From Raillietiella orientalis (taxonomy: Eukaryota), in NCBI GenBank assembly GCA_036172245.1, contig JAYWIR010000021.1, positions 372,001 through 436,000 of the forward strand: a DNA stretch of 64,000 nucleotides, written 5' to 3'. Positions 1 through 14,099 of the stretch are shown here, piece by piece (the stretch's first letter is position 1; every line of letters begins with the position of its first letter). The position numbers and the translations under genes are program-made. The notes below the pieces were generated by a model that was not told where the DNA came from, did no database searches, and worked only from the letters and a program-made list of their open reading frames with translations.

Positions 1-179
1 CACCGTGGTTCCGACTTGCGCGTCCACGTCCGCGTTCGGCAAGCCTCGGGGACGCTGCTACTCTGCCAGTCAACAAGGATGAGGACACGCATCGACAGTG
101 CACCCGCGCAGACAGGGAGTGAGAATGGCCACCTCCAGAAGCTCGTTGGCGCGCTATCCTTCGCGCCACGAGAAACCTT

Positions 180-960
180 AGGGAACCTGGAATAACAGTG
201 CCTCGAGGGGGAATGCAGAATGTGATGGTCTCACTGAGAGAGGTCCCTCTCTCTTCCGCTTTTCTTCCATTACATCTGGGAAGCAATGCGCCGATGGTAG
301 TCGAAGAGGTGGAAGCCCAGAGCAAGACCTTCCGTGATGACCAGTGGAGGGCCGATGGGAGCGACGGGAGAGTGATCAGTGTGAAGGAACGACCCTCGTC
401 TCGACACGTTCGCTGAGCAGCTACCAGAATCCCTCGGGGCATCCGAAATACAAGCAGAGAACTTGTGCGGATGAAATCCCAAGGTGCCACCAGGAACACG
501 GTGGCGCTGCTCTTACAGGACGATGCAAGAACGGAAACAGCAAGCCGGGAGACCTCCCTTCCAGGTCTCCTAGGTCGGAGAAAAGGCCCCAAATCATTTT
601 GGAGCGAAATTCGGCGTGAGGATGGACCAAAAAACTTCCTTATGATCAAAACTCGCTTCGGACTTTGAGATGTCCGATTCTTTGGAGTCGAGAAGAAGTT
701 GCAAAACACGCGAGCAGCCATTCGATAGGAAGTGGACTCCCTCCCTCCCCTTCTCCCCCCTCCTTTCTCTCTCGTCCCTGTGCCACCGCCCCCTAGGCAA
801 AGTGACCCCCAGGCAAGCTCGCTTCGCCATCGTATGGGTGTGATCGTCGCACCTCCAAGGAGGAGAGGTCATTCCCTTCAGATGAACGCATCCCATGGTG
901 CTTCTAAAGGGAAACGCTGAGCGCCATCACTTCTACATCAGGGCAGCGCAGAGGGAAACG
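180..960 (+). pseudogene. Decayed APE-type endonuclease domain of a LINE ORF2
   Basis: Motif relics in the expected order across frames: VMVSLREV (~LQET), DGRVISV, ttcgatagg (~IDR), LRHRMGVIV (~SDH), LQMNAS (~WxLN); stops and frameshifts. Confidence 0.4.
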
Positions 961-2399
961 AAACCGCCCGCAGCTGTTGGCGTCTGCCAAGCTTGATCAC
1001 AGATGCGTTCGTTTGCAGGCTAGCAAGAACGAAGGTCTCCTCCTGCTGTGGACCCCGCACCAGTGCCTCCAGATTGAAGTTCTCTGGGCAGCTGGCGGGA
1101 AGAGAGCTCCCAGATTGAAATAGGATGAAGGGTCCTTTCCCTTTACACCCTTTTTCATGTAGTCTGAAAGGTCCTTGGTCTCCCCACCGATAGAGGGGGG
1201 TGTAGAGAAAAAAGCAATCTCTCTAGAGAGTCCAGACCCAGGAAAGAGCTTACCTCTTCCCCCCCTTTCACCCCTTCAGGAACTCAGAGGGTCGACTACC
1301 CTAAGACGTGATCCAAACATTTCGGCGTAAATGTGGGGAAACTTTTCCTCAGTTTTTTTTCAAACCCCTTCTTCTGGGTTTCAGAAGGAACCAGAGAAGT
1401 CTGCAGAATTGAGCTTGTCATCCTCTCTGACGACGAATCTTGCCACTGCAACTGACCCTTTCTTCTCTCTCTCTCTCTCTACTGCGCGGCTAGAGACGAG
1501 CCATTTCTGCTTCCTATCCACATTACCACGCTTTGCATCCACTTTTGGTCATCAGAATGAAACGAGAGTGCCGAAACGCTCACGGCGAGGATCATCAAAT
1601 GCGGTCCGCATCGACTGCGGACTCCATCGGGAAGACCACAGACCGCGCATGCCGCAAGTCCACAAATGAGGAATTCTTAGGCAGCAATGGAGGAGGGGAG
1701 AGCATCGCCCGTCTCCTTGGGGAATGCCACTGGGCATCTGGGCACCCGAAATGCCGCTGCGGCACTTGATTGCAGGCCCCATATTCTGGACTACTGGATG
1801 CGAAGGAACCTTCTAGAACTGGTTCCTTCCAGCATGCGGGCAACCCAGCTGCTGGTCTAGCTGAGAAGAAGTGCCAGGCTTGTCCCGCTGCGGATGAGAT
1901 GGAAGCTTGTCCGGAGAGAACAATGCAGCAGCGCTTGCAACAACCAGCGCCGCTCCGGAAGAAGGAAAGCAGCTGGAGATGGAGGCAGGTTCCACGGAAC
2001 TCCAAATAAACCCATGCCAAAGAGACCTCGGGGATGCACTCTGAATCCACCGGCAAAGCAAGAAGGTGCAGAAGTCCATCCGGAAGATCAAGGGGTCGTC
2101 GAAGGAACGCACTTCCTCGGCCTGAAAACACAATGCCTTCTAAACGTGCAAGCAGGAAGCAGACTGCACGATCCCGTTTCGGTTCCTCAGCAGATTCCCC
2201 CCTTTCCGACCTCTGGAGCATTTCCAGAGTCCCTGACAACTGTCTGGTTGTTTCCTTTGACGTTCTTACTTACTTGACGTAGGAGGCTCCATCCGACATT
2301 CCTTCAGCATACAGGTCGAATAGCAGAACAGCAACGCATTGGTTTCATTTTGGGGATTGACATTCCGTTCCACAACTTGGTAACGAAAATTCGGTAGCT

Positions 2400-2950
2400 G
2401 TCAAAGCCCTGACTACAGCTCGCCATCAAGAATACCCACGGGAAAGGGCATCCTGTGAGAGGTCAACTCCTGTTGGACTGTTCTTCACGGATGAATGTGC
2501 ATGGTTTCAGCGCTGATCCGACGTTGTTTCCTCAACCTTGTTCACTAAACAAGCTTTCCAAGGAACCGGTGGACGGCGAGGAAGATGCTCGGATTGCTCC
2601 ACTACTAGCCGTGCGCAACCAGCTTTCAGAGAAGCAGTGGTTGCCTGATCGAAGAGTGCCTTTGAACAGGAAGGGAATCGGGATTGACCAACAGTGGGGC
2701 AGGCGCACAGAACACCCACGGGAACCATCGCCTCTTGGGTGACCAATCAGAAATCGACCATGCAGCCCATCTCTCCGAATTTGCTTGGGGGTAAGTGAAC
2801 TTTGAAGAGACATCGGAGCTGTTTCTTCAAAATAAGCGCTCCTTTTTATCGAATGTGGCGAATAATGGTGTTTGTGTTCAAGGACCGAGAGGAACAGGCT
2901 CGGAAGGGTACAGCAGTATCCAAAGTGGATGCTGAAAATGCACGCACTCT
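2400..2950 (+). pseudogene. Decayed non-LTR RT N-terminal half
   Basis: RIAPLLAVRNQLSEK (~RPISLL..KL.EK), DQQWGRR (~QxGFR), CFFKISAPFYRMW (~FFDISKAFDRVW). Confidence 0.4.
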
Positions 2951-4099
2951 TAAGCATAGTTTTCTGCAAAGAAGACTCTGCAACGAGCCTTTTTTTTCTT
3001 TTTTCTTTTTTTTTTTTTTTGAGGGAGGGAGGGGGATGTTAGGGATTGAGGGAGAAAAGGTTTAAGAGAGAGATCATTCCAGAAATTCCTCGATTGGAAT
3101 CGCTTATCTGAAATCATGAAGAAGGTTTTAGCGTGTGCGGTTGTGTTTATGGAGACCTGTGGGATTTTCATGGACGTAGCATTCGAGAATGACCTCTCCA
3201 GAGAGCACCAACTGCGAGTCAAGGACAAACCCGTCCTAACGCTCTTTCCTCCTCGCAGAATAGAACAGGTCACAGTGAGCCTCCTGATCTCCGGGATGCG
3301 GCTGCACGAGCGTTTCCTGGATTCCACGAATGTCAGCAGTTATGAGCGCAGGGGGACACCTCCCTGATATGAGGTTAAAAGAGGAAATCGGACTGCTGAC
3401 GGGATGGGGGATTATTTTTCTCTGCCGGGACTCCGTAGCAGCAGAAAGTTTGTTACGAAGAGCAGAGGATTTGCAAAGATGGTCGGCAAAATGAATGAAG
3501 AGCAACTGTTCACTCTTCTTCCACGTGACGCATGGTAGGATTTCAGCTGACCCAAGGACTGGCTCCCGTTAGTTTCTTGGAGAATGCGATGGCTGGTTGT
3601 CCCCTCGATTCCGCTCAATTTGTCATCCTTGTAAAGGTCACTAGAAAATGAAATGGAGGATCCTTGGACAGACTTTGAAGGATTGCAGGGTTTCCGTGGT
3701 AGGAAGGAAGAGCCGAAGCCATAGCAACGGGACTGGCGAGAAGAAAGAGAGCAAACAGTTTGCTGAAGTGAGGACCGTGCTTACCCTCGAGGTATTCTGC
3801 TTCGCTACATGAAGGAAGAAAGAATAGTGCGAGCAGGCAAAGGCCGGCGACCAGCTTCCGGAAGGCTGAAACAGGGCACCGGAACAACGGTCCTTCTATC
3901 AGTTTCTATCCATCGATTTTTCTCCTTCCTATTGCGTTCATTCATCGAATGTGACCTGGAGGAGGTTTCGTGACGACGCCTCAGGAGTCCTCGGATGTAC
4001 CTCTTTTGCGTTCGCATCTTGCAGTACTGAAATCGAATTTTCCCTTCTTTCGAGTGCCGCTTCGTCGCGAAAGAGATGTGAAATGAAAGATGCAGGGTC

Positions 4100-4680
4100 T
4101 CCAGAGAGTCCCGCAATGCGGACCCATCTGTGAAGGTCATCCTCGCGAGATTCCGGAACTCCTCCCTTCCGATGGTTTCCGGTAAGAAGGTGAAGAAGGT
4201 GGACGCGCTCACCTCATGCACGCGAAAAAGGTGCCTCCCAGCGGGAGGGAGAGAAAGGATGGGAAAGGGACGGGACGCCACACGCACTCCCGACGAGCGC
4301 GGGTCCAGGAAAAGTCCGAGCGGCAGTCGCCTGGTCGGACGCGGGAAAGGCGTCGCTGCTGCCTTCACGTGGCGTGACCTCGCAGGCTCCGACGTTCCGC
4401 ATCCGGTCGATTCGGGCGCTGACACCGGCAACCGGAACAACCTCGCCATTCTCCTGAATCCCTGAAATCTCTCCCTTCGTCTGGATGGCTGAATGGACGC
4501 GTCATCATCATCCTCGGGAAAGAATTCCTCGAAGGCGGGGAGGACGGGCAAGGAGGGCATCGCGCGAAGACTAGGCGTAGATGGGATCGCTGCGTATTTC
4601 TGCGCCAAGGCGGGAAGGCACGGTGGTCATCGGACTGCGCACCAACGCAGCTTGCCATTCCATTGGGAACATTCGACCCC
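4100..4680 (-). pseudogene. LINE post-RT region and start of an RNase H domain, decayed
   Basis: ORF 3805..4608(-) contains STPSLRAMPSLP and TFTDGSA (RNase H first motif, xYTDGS). Confidence 0.4.
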
Positions 4681-5559
4681 GTTGCGCTTTACGCACGCGA
4701 AGTCGCGTGACGAAAGCGAAACTTCTCCGTAGGTGAAGTCCGCTTCTTTCCGGTCCAGAAGGTTGGTTTTTAGAAAAATGGGCTTGTGGGAAAGGGAGGA
4801 GGGAAAAGAAGGCTTCAGTCTTCAGTTGCGCTGCCGGCAGCTTTCGATGTAACCGCTTTAAAAAAGATGATCAAACGGAGTGTTTGTTCGCTTCAGAAGA
4901 TGAAGTAAGCAATCAGTAAAAGCAAGCGAACTCTTGGCTGCATTTCATGTGAAAAAGGAAAGAGAGAAAAAAAAAAAAAAGGATGCACGCATGGAAATTT
5001 TCTCTCCCAGAGGAGGCTTTCCTAACGGTTCGAACGCTAAGAACTCTTGTAATGATGTTATCACTTCCCTGACCCTTTTTTCAATCAAAGAGATTGAGCA
5101 CACTCTTCTCCTAATTGATACCATTCGCGAAGACGACGCTCCAAGTCTAGGGAAAAGTCCTTTGATCTTCTCGTGAGGATTAGCCCTCTAATTGAACTCG
5201 TGAAGCGCCCGGCGACCACGCTGCTCTTGTGGAGAGAGTGGTGCGATCTTCCCAGGCAACGATTCTCCTCGGCACTGGTTGCCTAGAACGGTCCTCGGCG
5301 CGTCACCTGCCCGGCAAGGAATCCCCCCGATCTGATGAGCCCGAAGAGCGCACTGCATGAAAACGGAGCGAATTTGTCAGGTGCGGTGTGGTGGGCTGTC
5401 ATCGATGGCACCCCAATTGTTCTTTTGAGTGTTCATTCATGGACAGAAATCCCCGAGTCATCCGCCTGCCATCACACCTCCCTATTAGGTATCTCTCAGG
5501 TTTCCCCACTTTTTTTCTTTTTTTTTTCCAAATTATCTCATCACTTCCTTTTCAGCCGC

Positions 5560-7100
5560 CAGCTCCAAGTCTAGGGGTGCCCCTGCTCGAACTGGCACAT
5601 CGATCAGCATCAAGGAGTCTCTCCTTGATGCGGAACACGAACCGTCGCCCGATTCTGGCCTCCGTCCGCCTCGTGAAAGCACTCGCGAAGGCTTCGCGCA
5701 CGACTCGCCCTCCGTCTTGAGCTCCTCAGCGCAACGAGACTCAGACAGCAGCCACCGCTGCCTGCCCGGGCTAGGAGGACTTCCGAGGAGTCTTGAGGGA
5801 CCCACCAGGAGTAGCCTCGCCTTCGTGTAACCTACTGGTTGCACACCTGGACCGCTTGCCCCATTTGAATCTCAGCGGCCACTCTTCTGCCTTGTCTTCT
5901 CTCGGCTCACAGAAAGTTTCCATAAGCTTCGCCGTTCGGACCTCTGGCAACTCTGAAACGATGATCATTCAGCTGCTTTTCAGAAGGTCTAAAGGGGTGG
6001 TCTCCATGCATGCGTGATCTTCGTGTCGGAGCGACGCGCCACAACTCCCAGAAGCCTATCAGGGAAAAATAGATGGAATTGTTCCGACTTGTAGAAAAGG
6101 ACTTTCCTCTATGCCAACTGTCGTCGACGCGAAAGTTTGGAGTGGCTCGACGAACAGCCAATCGTAGCATCATGGAAGTCGGTGTTTCTGGTGGAGGATG
6201 CTCATGGAATTCACTTTGTAAAAGACTTTCATCACAGGGGTCGTCTGATCTGTAGATGGCATTTCGACCATCCTCCTTGGACCAGAATTCCCCTTGATGA
6301 AAGAAGATGGTTGCGCTGGTATGTCTGCCGCAGGAAAGAGCGCTCAAAGAGGTGCCGTGCTCGCTACTGAGGAAGGAGTCCTCTCTGGAGGAAGCTGTGT
6401 AGCCTTCAGGCACCCGGCGCACCGTTTCCTCGGTTGCGGATGTATGACGTGCACAGGCTCGCTATCATCACGGATAGAAGGCACCAACGCGCCCACGAGC
6501 GAGTCCTGTGCAGTCAAAAAACGTCCAGGTCACATTTCGGTGCCGGAATCACGGCACTCGTGTTTTTCTAGAAAGCTCCCTTGATTGTATGCGGAGGTGC
6601 TCCCTCTGGTGAAGCAGCTCGCGTTCAGATCTCGGGACCTCCTTACGCACGTGACCTCTCACCAAAGAAAAGAGGGTTCCTCGCAACGAGGGAAAAACGA
6701 GGGACCCTGTTGGTGAGGGACGCACAAGGGATGGTGACCAAGAGGCTGCGCGACCGTGTAAATAGACGCAGCCATCGGAGGCCGGGGAACTCAATCGGAA
6801 ACGACGGAGGCACCTGAGAGGCCCATGGATTTACCACGGAGATAAGAAAGCTCCTAGGAGGAATTTCAGTTCCACCATGGGGAAGGTGGTGTACGAAGAG
6901 CGTAACGTCCATGCGGAAACCAAGCCGTGAATGAGGAGTGCCAGGGAAGTTTCCTCCTCGACGTGCGTCTTTTACAAGAACTGACTGAGGTTTCGGGTGA
7001 AGCGTCTTGTAAGAGGACTTGACCTTTCTAGGATAGAGCACAACAGGGTGCAAGAGGTTCAAGAGGGGCTGCTGAACAAGCTCACAAAAAAAAAGGAATC
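5560..7100 (-). mobile_element. Diverged 5' part (5' module plus APE relic) of the dominant LINE family
   Basis: T-rich start near 7090 with weak similarity to the 5' module, then SLRGT, GRFL, QGEF, DSWH, DRLL and NDHR relics on the minus strand. Confidence 0.4.
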
Positions 7101-8049
7101 ACGTCTTCTGACAATGGTGCTGATGGAGAGGAACCAATGAATTACTCCGCTCGGCGTTGTGACTCTCCCCTTTCCTGTGAATCTTTCTCTGCTCCTTACA
7201 AGTGAACTCCAGTCCGATCCGGTGCTCTTTTCCGCTCATCCTCCGTCAGCCGTGGAGAACGAGAAGGAAGGAGCAGTCAGAAAGGTAACGTCCTCATCAT
7301 GCACAAGAAACAGCTGAAACAGAATGCAGCGGCTGAGTTGTCGGGATCTCTCGGAGATCACGGATGTCCTCGAGAACTTCCAAGTCATGGAATGGAAGCA
7401 TCTACCGTGTCGGAGGTTCACCACGGACAAATGAGAAGATCCCACTTCCGGCTTAGCGCAGAGTCTCTTTGATTAGCAGGTTCCACTTGGAATGCGGATC
7501 ACTGGACTCAGGAGAGGGGCAGCTCTGGAAGCCGGGATTCCTCTGGCGGCGGGAACGAGCAAGCAGATCTGTCCGCGACCCACCGACCGTCTCATCTCCC
7601 TCGAGCCGCAGCCTACTATCCTTCTGAGCCAACATTGAACCGAGGTTCCCTGAAGGCGTCCGCAGAAACAGTCAAAAGTTAACGGCGCCAGCAGTCACCT
7701 ACTCGGTCCTGTGACCGTCCCCTTCCTCTGGTGCCATCGCATTCAGGAGATCCGCGGCGTGGCTCCACTTTTCGTGCGCAGCAGACGCGCTGCGGAGCTG
7801 ATTGCCGTTTTCACTCGTGGCAGAAGCAGCGGAGGATTGCGACGTCAGCGTGACGCGTGGCTGGCGCGCGGGGAGAGCAGCTCAGCGGCGCAGCCCAGCA
7901 AGAACAGCTGCCATCTTCGCGCTCCATGCAAGTAGCACCTCGTGTTGGTTCCGGATTCCGGAGGCGCAGCTCTCTTGCAGGAGGCAGGTGCGCACCCATG
8001 GTACCAAAGAGTAACTCGATGCTGGCGGCCGTTCTTCGGAACGCTTGAG

Positions 8050-11000
8050 AGGGAACCCTTGCCCTCATTCCCTCCGGAGGGACCCCCGGAGGGCAGCCTC
8101 TCCTGGAATTCGTTCTCCGAAGGGAATACTCGAAGGATCTGCTCCCGTTTTCTCTGATGGGCGCTCCCCGAAGGGAGCAGCGCGCTTCTGACACTCTGAA
8201 GAGACAACCCTTCGAGGGGGATATTGACCAACTCCACGGTACGCGGTTTGGAGGGGGACGACCCCATTTTCACAACTGGAGGGGGGAGGAATCCCGAAAG
8301 GCTTCTTGATGTCTCGAAGGAGATTCCGGAAGGTCCACTCTCAACCAGGGCCGGTCATCGGGGACATCCGGCTTCCACCAGTGCCACACTCGAATGGTTT
8401 GAGTAGCGTGTAGACGGGTCAGCTGACCAACGCTGTGACCCCGAGTGCTCGAACTCGTGGACTTTTGCGCTGGGGCGTGCTACTGGGTATTCCGGAGGAA
8501 GACCTGAAGTGACCCCGGCGCTCATGTACACCCGCATCCTCCCTTTAAAGTGGCAAGAGTCTCAGCGGCGTTGATGTTGCTGCACTGGGGTCTCCCCTCG
8601 TGCAACGTCCGCCGGCATCACTGTACAAGGGAAGGAGGGGGAGACCCAAACGATGCATGGTGCGGAGAGCGTGAATCCTTCCCGCACCTCCTAGTGGACT
8701 GTGCTACCCTCCGGCCCCTTTGGAGACGCTTTGCCGCGACCCTTGGAATACCCGAGGACAACCCCCAAGTCCTTTGAAAGCGCCTCTTCCTATGCGACAC
8801 CCTCACTCTGGTCACATCCCTAGCAGCACTTGACTGCCCACCAAGGATGCAGAAGACACCCTCCAGCACACAGTGATCCCTTCCCTGCGTGACAGAGGCG
8901 TTTATGTGCCGGGTGTCAACCAGTGCCGCACCCGAATATGCTGAGCAGCGTCATCATGCGAGGGGAACTCGAAACCCTCGAAGGCACGCACCCCATTTCT
9001 CTCGCGTCGATCGTTCCCGCAACGCGCATGGACGGCAGCCGCAACGTGGGCGTTCGTCTTCGAGCAAAGGATGTTGCCAGGGGAGTCCCGGCAGGCAGAA
9101 AATCCTGGACCGCTCTGGAACCCTGCCCAAGAACGAGTTCACTCGCACGATCAGACACCGAGTGGTTGGCTCGGAACGAGGCAGCACGCAGGACACGGTC
9201 CCTCCCCCCATCCTCACCCTACTCGGGGAGAAGGAGCGAAAAGCCCCTCTCCTGCGCTCACCCGTAGGAGGTAAATACCCCAGTCCTACGATGCGGTGTG
9301 GTGGACGCTCAGCCCCCGGAGAGACGGCCTTCGTGCCTGATCAGCCGGCAAAAAAACAGTGCCGCGGAAGTCCACCTCCTCGGCCACCCGACATTGACTT
9401 TGGGTGACCCCTCGCCCGCTGGGTGGAAAGCCTTCCGCTCTAGGAAATGAACCTCTTTCGGTCCATCGCATCCCGACGCTTGGCTTCCGACCGGCCCACC
9501 GATCTCGGGAGAGACACGTCGTCTCTCGCCAAGGAAGCCATCCTGGGCATGCGCCGTGAGGCGATCCGCGCGCCTCGAACGCCACAAAGTCCGGTAGCCG
9601 GGGACGGGGGAGTCGACGCAGGGACGGGGGGCCAGGAGGAAAAGTTCCCGGCAGGGAACTTTCCCTCGCGCTTCTCCCGGTGGGCACGAACCCGTCTACC
9701 TGGCGCTGTCCTCCTGCAGGGAGAGAATTCTTCCTCGCGAAGGCGGGAAATCCTCTCCCGCCGGAACCGCCGCGCCACGCGAAAGCGCGGCGCGGCCTCC
9801 TCGCGAGCGACGCCTCCGCACGGCATCTTCCCATCCGCATTAGCGGATCTCTCCGACCAGAGGAACGTGTATCTTCGGACGCACCTCCAGGTAAGGCATC
9901 GATCAGATCGCGGAGTCGCTCCGGGACAGGTCACGCCGCGCTCTCCGCAGCAAATCGGCGATGTCGCCTTCTGATATGGCGGGCGTCCCTCCCAGCTCAA
10001 ATACCGTCTTTGACGTTTCCGCCCTGCTGCGAGCATCTCCTTCTCTCTGCTTTGAGGACGCCGTCCCGAAGGTCTGCTTCCGTAAAATCGCAGCCGAGAG
10101 AGAGCGTCGCCCACGAAACCGCCGCGCAGTTTCGTCTCTCGCTCTCCCAGCATCAGAGCGGGCGTCTGCTTCAGGCGCATCCTCTCTTCACGAGACGCGG
10201 CTCTTCGATGGGTCCGTGTCCAAAGCAGAGGGCCAAAGCAAAGGAGAATCGCGCGGGAGGTTTTGTGTACATCCTGCGACTTCACGGCCCCCTGGCAACG
10301 GCCAAGTGACGGGCGCAGCCGACAAATACGCAGGACCGAACGATGTCCCGCCTTCGAAGGGTACAAACCTAAGGCCCTATTTGTTGCAAACTTCGCCTAG
10401 GTCGTGCCCTCGTGCCCTACAGGTGAGGGCTCCGCCTCTCCAGTTCAAAAAATCTGGCTTTCGTCCCTGCACGGGCGCTGAAAGTTCCATGAAGTTGCCT
10501 TGGCTACGGCTTCCTAGAGCAAAAGTTGGCTTCCGATTAGAGGGAGCAAAGTAGACGCTAATGAGGCGACTCGAGCAGCTGGTTCATCCTCTGTTCAGCC
10601 ACAGCAGAGGCACCAGCGTTTATCTTCCTCTGACAGGCTTCCTGGATTTTCCGGAAGTTGGAATCGAAGTGTCGACTCAGGGAGTGAGCACGCGGTCACG
10701 CCCCTTCAGTGCCCGACACCATCCCAGTGCCTATTGGCAACACGTCACATGTGCAAGAATGTCCCCCTATTCCTGTAGCATGAAGGCTATAGCCTTCTCG
10801 CGACACTGGGTGCGCCCCTGAGGGCGGCATCCGTCGGGGCACGCGTCTCGCTTGCAGTCCGCGCGGATCGGAACGACGAAGAGGAGGAACGAGGTTTTCA
10901 GCCGTGCAGCCGAACGGTAGATGGCAGTCCGCTCTCTCGATGAAGCGGCTGAAGACGAGGGAGACCGAGATGTGGATAGAGCTGCGGATCCCGCAAACTC

Positions 11001-12455
11001 GCTCAGCGAGTGGGAAACAAGCGGGCTGCAGAGCAGATGGACAGGAAGTGCGGCTGCGCTGCTACAGTGAGCGGATCCATCCACTCCGAAGATCACAACT
11101 GACGGACTTGGCGGCGCAGCGCCAGGATGCCAGCTCGGGCACCCTGGCCATCCACAGGATTCGGAATATGCACTTTTGAACCTTTGAGACAAATTATGGA
11201 CTGGCCACCGGTGTCCTCCGGCACACCACACCCTCCGGCGATCAGCTGGAAGCGCAGGACTTCTTTATGCTGCTGCCTCATAACCCAAATGGGGGGACGG
11301 GATTTGGCTACCCCCTGAGGCATCTGTCATCACTTCCAGTAGTTCACCCGTAGATCTCCTTCCTCCCCCCCTCCCCCTAAAAAACAGGAATGTCTGGTGA
11401 CAGGAGGCACTGGAGTTCTGGGTAGTCACTCTGGAAGTGAGCCCAGAGCAACTTCTTCGTCCGGTGCGGAAACTCCTATGCGAGCCGCTGGGAGATCTTT
11501 TGCAGGACTGGACGCAGTGGTGCCGGATAGCCGTCACGTCCCTTGCCGCAGCACTGTCTGCCCTCAGGACAAGAGACGACAGCTGGCGGGCTGGAAGTTG
11601 TCCTGCGACACTGCAGGAGTCGAGAGACGCCGCCACTCCTCGTTCCCGAAAGGGACGCCTCCGGTGGACTGACCCGCTCGGTATGCCCCCTGAAAAACTT
11701 GCGGTCCCTTTCCTGCATGAAGACACCCCCGCATTCCCGCTGCACTGGAAACCGCGGGACGTCCTGCCGCTTCTGCACTGCAGGTCGCCAGTGGCAACTG
11801 ACGCAGGCACCTGCCTTCCGGCGGAGTCGCTTCCCCGAACTGTTCCAGGCGAGGGCGATGGAATCGTTCCCGCACCTCCTGTTAGACTTCAGCGCCTTAA
11901 AGGACATGTGGCGGAGTCTGGCTCCGGCGCTCCGTCATCCGAACGACTTCGATCTTGCTGCGGCGCTCCTTCACGAGAGGCACGCTGACGTCAGGCGCCG
12001 TGACCGCAGCCATCTTCTGTGCCTCGCGCCACCGCCACAGTGGCCGCTCCGTGATGGAGTCTTGTTCGCCGCGAAAAGAACGCCACCAGCATGGCAGCCT
12101 CTCTGACGAGGGCGGCTGCCATGCTGAACTGGGGCCTCACCTGGAAGAAGTCATCAGATAGGTCGCCGTCATACGCAGCCGCTTCTAGAAAGAAAGGGAC
12201 GAAGAAAACCCAAGACCCCTGTCCCTACCCTCCATCTCTTTTAATTTATTTATTGCCCCCTCCCCCCGTTCCCCATTTCCTTAGAAGCCGGCCTGCGCGC
12301 CGGTGGTCATCCTCAATGAACTTCTGCCTTTTGTCTTTTTCTTTTTATTTGAGGGGAGGAGGGAGGGGGGATCTCTTGCATTTAAGGGACACCCTTGACA
12401 TCCCTTTGACTTGTGGTTTATTTCTCAAATCAGCGTCCCAGCGTCACCGGGTAAA
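8050..12455 (+). mobile_element. Rearranged, degenerate copy of the dominant L1/Tx1-like LINE
   Basis: 5' module at 8050-8400 and 8915-9000; RT relics NLRP (~10367) and SGFRP (~10453); zinc-domain relic ESFPHLLLDFSAL (~11860); T-rich 3' UTR; family 3' end cgtcccagcgtcaccgggtaaaa at 12434-12456. Confidence 0.7.
8405..8880 (+). pseudogene. Isolated C-terminal zinc-binding fragment of the family ORF2 embedded in a 5' module
   Basis: LLHWGLPSCNVRRHH...CGERESFPHLLVDCATLRPLWRRFA is clearly homologous to ORF 60891..61403. Confidence 0.8.
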
Positions 12456-12479
12456 ATCTTTCCATCTCGGGAAAGGCCC

Positions 12480-13100
12480 GCGGTAGTGGAAATGTCTCTG
12501 CGGATGCCAGAGTTCCGGATCACAGGCGCGCGCAGAATCCGTTCCATGGAAGTGGAAGCGGCAGGGGCCGTGAATCAATCAGGTTTCCATGGAAGCGCAG
12601 GGATCCGCGTCTCCGAGACTGACTTTTCCAAGTTAACTGCGCACGGTCGCGCCTCCGATTTGCGCGACGCCTTGAAGCCTCGCCAGATGCGATCCGAAAA
12701 GAACGACCTCGGGGCAGAGGAGTAGGATAGCGTCCGGAGATGCAGCCCGCCGGCAACAACTGGAGGCTCTCCATCTACTTGGCAGTCTGCTTGTGTGTCT
12801 GTTTCCATCTTAATTCGGAAAAGAATCCAGAAACAGGTGCGCGACACACCCACCCTTAATTCCTCCCAGCTCGATGGTTGATTAACCTTTTGGATTCACA
12901 TAAAAGGCGATGGACGTGTGACGCGTCATCTTCGATTCCATCCATCCCGCTGTCTTGGCGCGGAGAAGACCTCTGCGTCACGGTTTCGGTGGGGAAATTC
13001 CGAAATTTCGTTACTTTGCTTCCACCCCCTCATCTTCGACGTTTCCTGAGCGACTGCTCATTCTGGTGGAAAGCGGCAACTTCGCGGCATCTTCCGACCA
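12480..13100 (-). pseudogene. Possible decayed mariner/Tc1-type transposase N-terminal half
   Basis: KFRN...RSSPR, MGVSRTCFWIL (HTH-like), FFSDRIWRG (~FLxRIxTGDE); no TIR identified. Confidence 0.25.
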
Positions 13101-14099
13101 AGATAAAATTCCTGCCCGACACCTCGAACAGCGAGAGTCTCCCTTTCTTGGGAAGTTCTCTAACTGAGTTCGATTCCGCGGGAAGGGAATTTCTTCCTCT
13201 GGGACAAATCCTCTCCCTTTTCCAAGATCAGCAAGAGCAAACTGCGCTTGACTAGGATCGGATCTCCTTTCAGCTTTCCGTCTTGAAGGAACTGCCATTT
13301 TTCCATGGCGACGGCCTGACCCTTGGCAAGCGTTACTCCGTCACACACGCAAAAAAAGGGGAATGCTCTTCCTCCTGCATTTCGAGCTTCTGAGAAGGCT
13401 TTTTTCTGTCTGAGACGGAGATTCCCAGCGTGGTCCGCTGTCTCCAAGTCTTCGCCCGAGTCTTTGTTCCCAAGGGAAACAAGGAGAATAGGAGCACAGA
13501 CGCACGTTACCTTGATGACCTCGTCTAACGTTCCCCAAACTTTCCCTGTGACGGAGCACTTCACAAATCCTGAAATTTCAACCGAACGCCCCGGTCATTT
13601 CATATGATAAGTAGATATTAAAAATAAATAAATTAAGCAAGTGAGTATTCTAAGAGTCAAGAAAGCAGAAGAAACATATGTTCTCAAATTTTAATTATGC
13701 AAAACAAAGCACACGAAACTAGTAAAATGAACTTGGCAGCATTCACAATATATTGATTTTCACAGAGCATTCTTTATGGACTTTCCGCGGAACATCCAGC
13801 GTTCCGCGGGACATAGTAAGGAAAACGCTGACCTCTCGAGTCATCTCTCGAGTCCGCCCGGATTCTCGGGGTCCGCATGATTCTGTGCAAGTGAACGGCA
13901 GGCAGCGAAAGAAAGGATGGCGTTCCCTGTGCGATCCCGTTCGGGGATTCGCTCGCAGATGCGCGGGAGAAGGGGAAGAAGGGGTGTTTCCTGGGCCGAG
14001 TCACCTGCACGAGCGGCGGGAGGAAGCTGAAAACCCTGGAAGCGGGCCCGGAACGAATCAAACTGCTGGAGGTCCAGCAGTGGGCCGCCTGGATTGAGG

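Noticed and set aside
1500..2280. Gag-like zinc-knuckle ORF1 (also 44540-44700)
   Set aside because: Cys/His spacing is too degenerate to support a call by eye.
8950..8980. Hammerhead ribozyme suggested by a short stem followed by GAAAC in the 5' module
   Set aside because: The CUGANGA core is absent in every copy.
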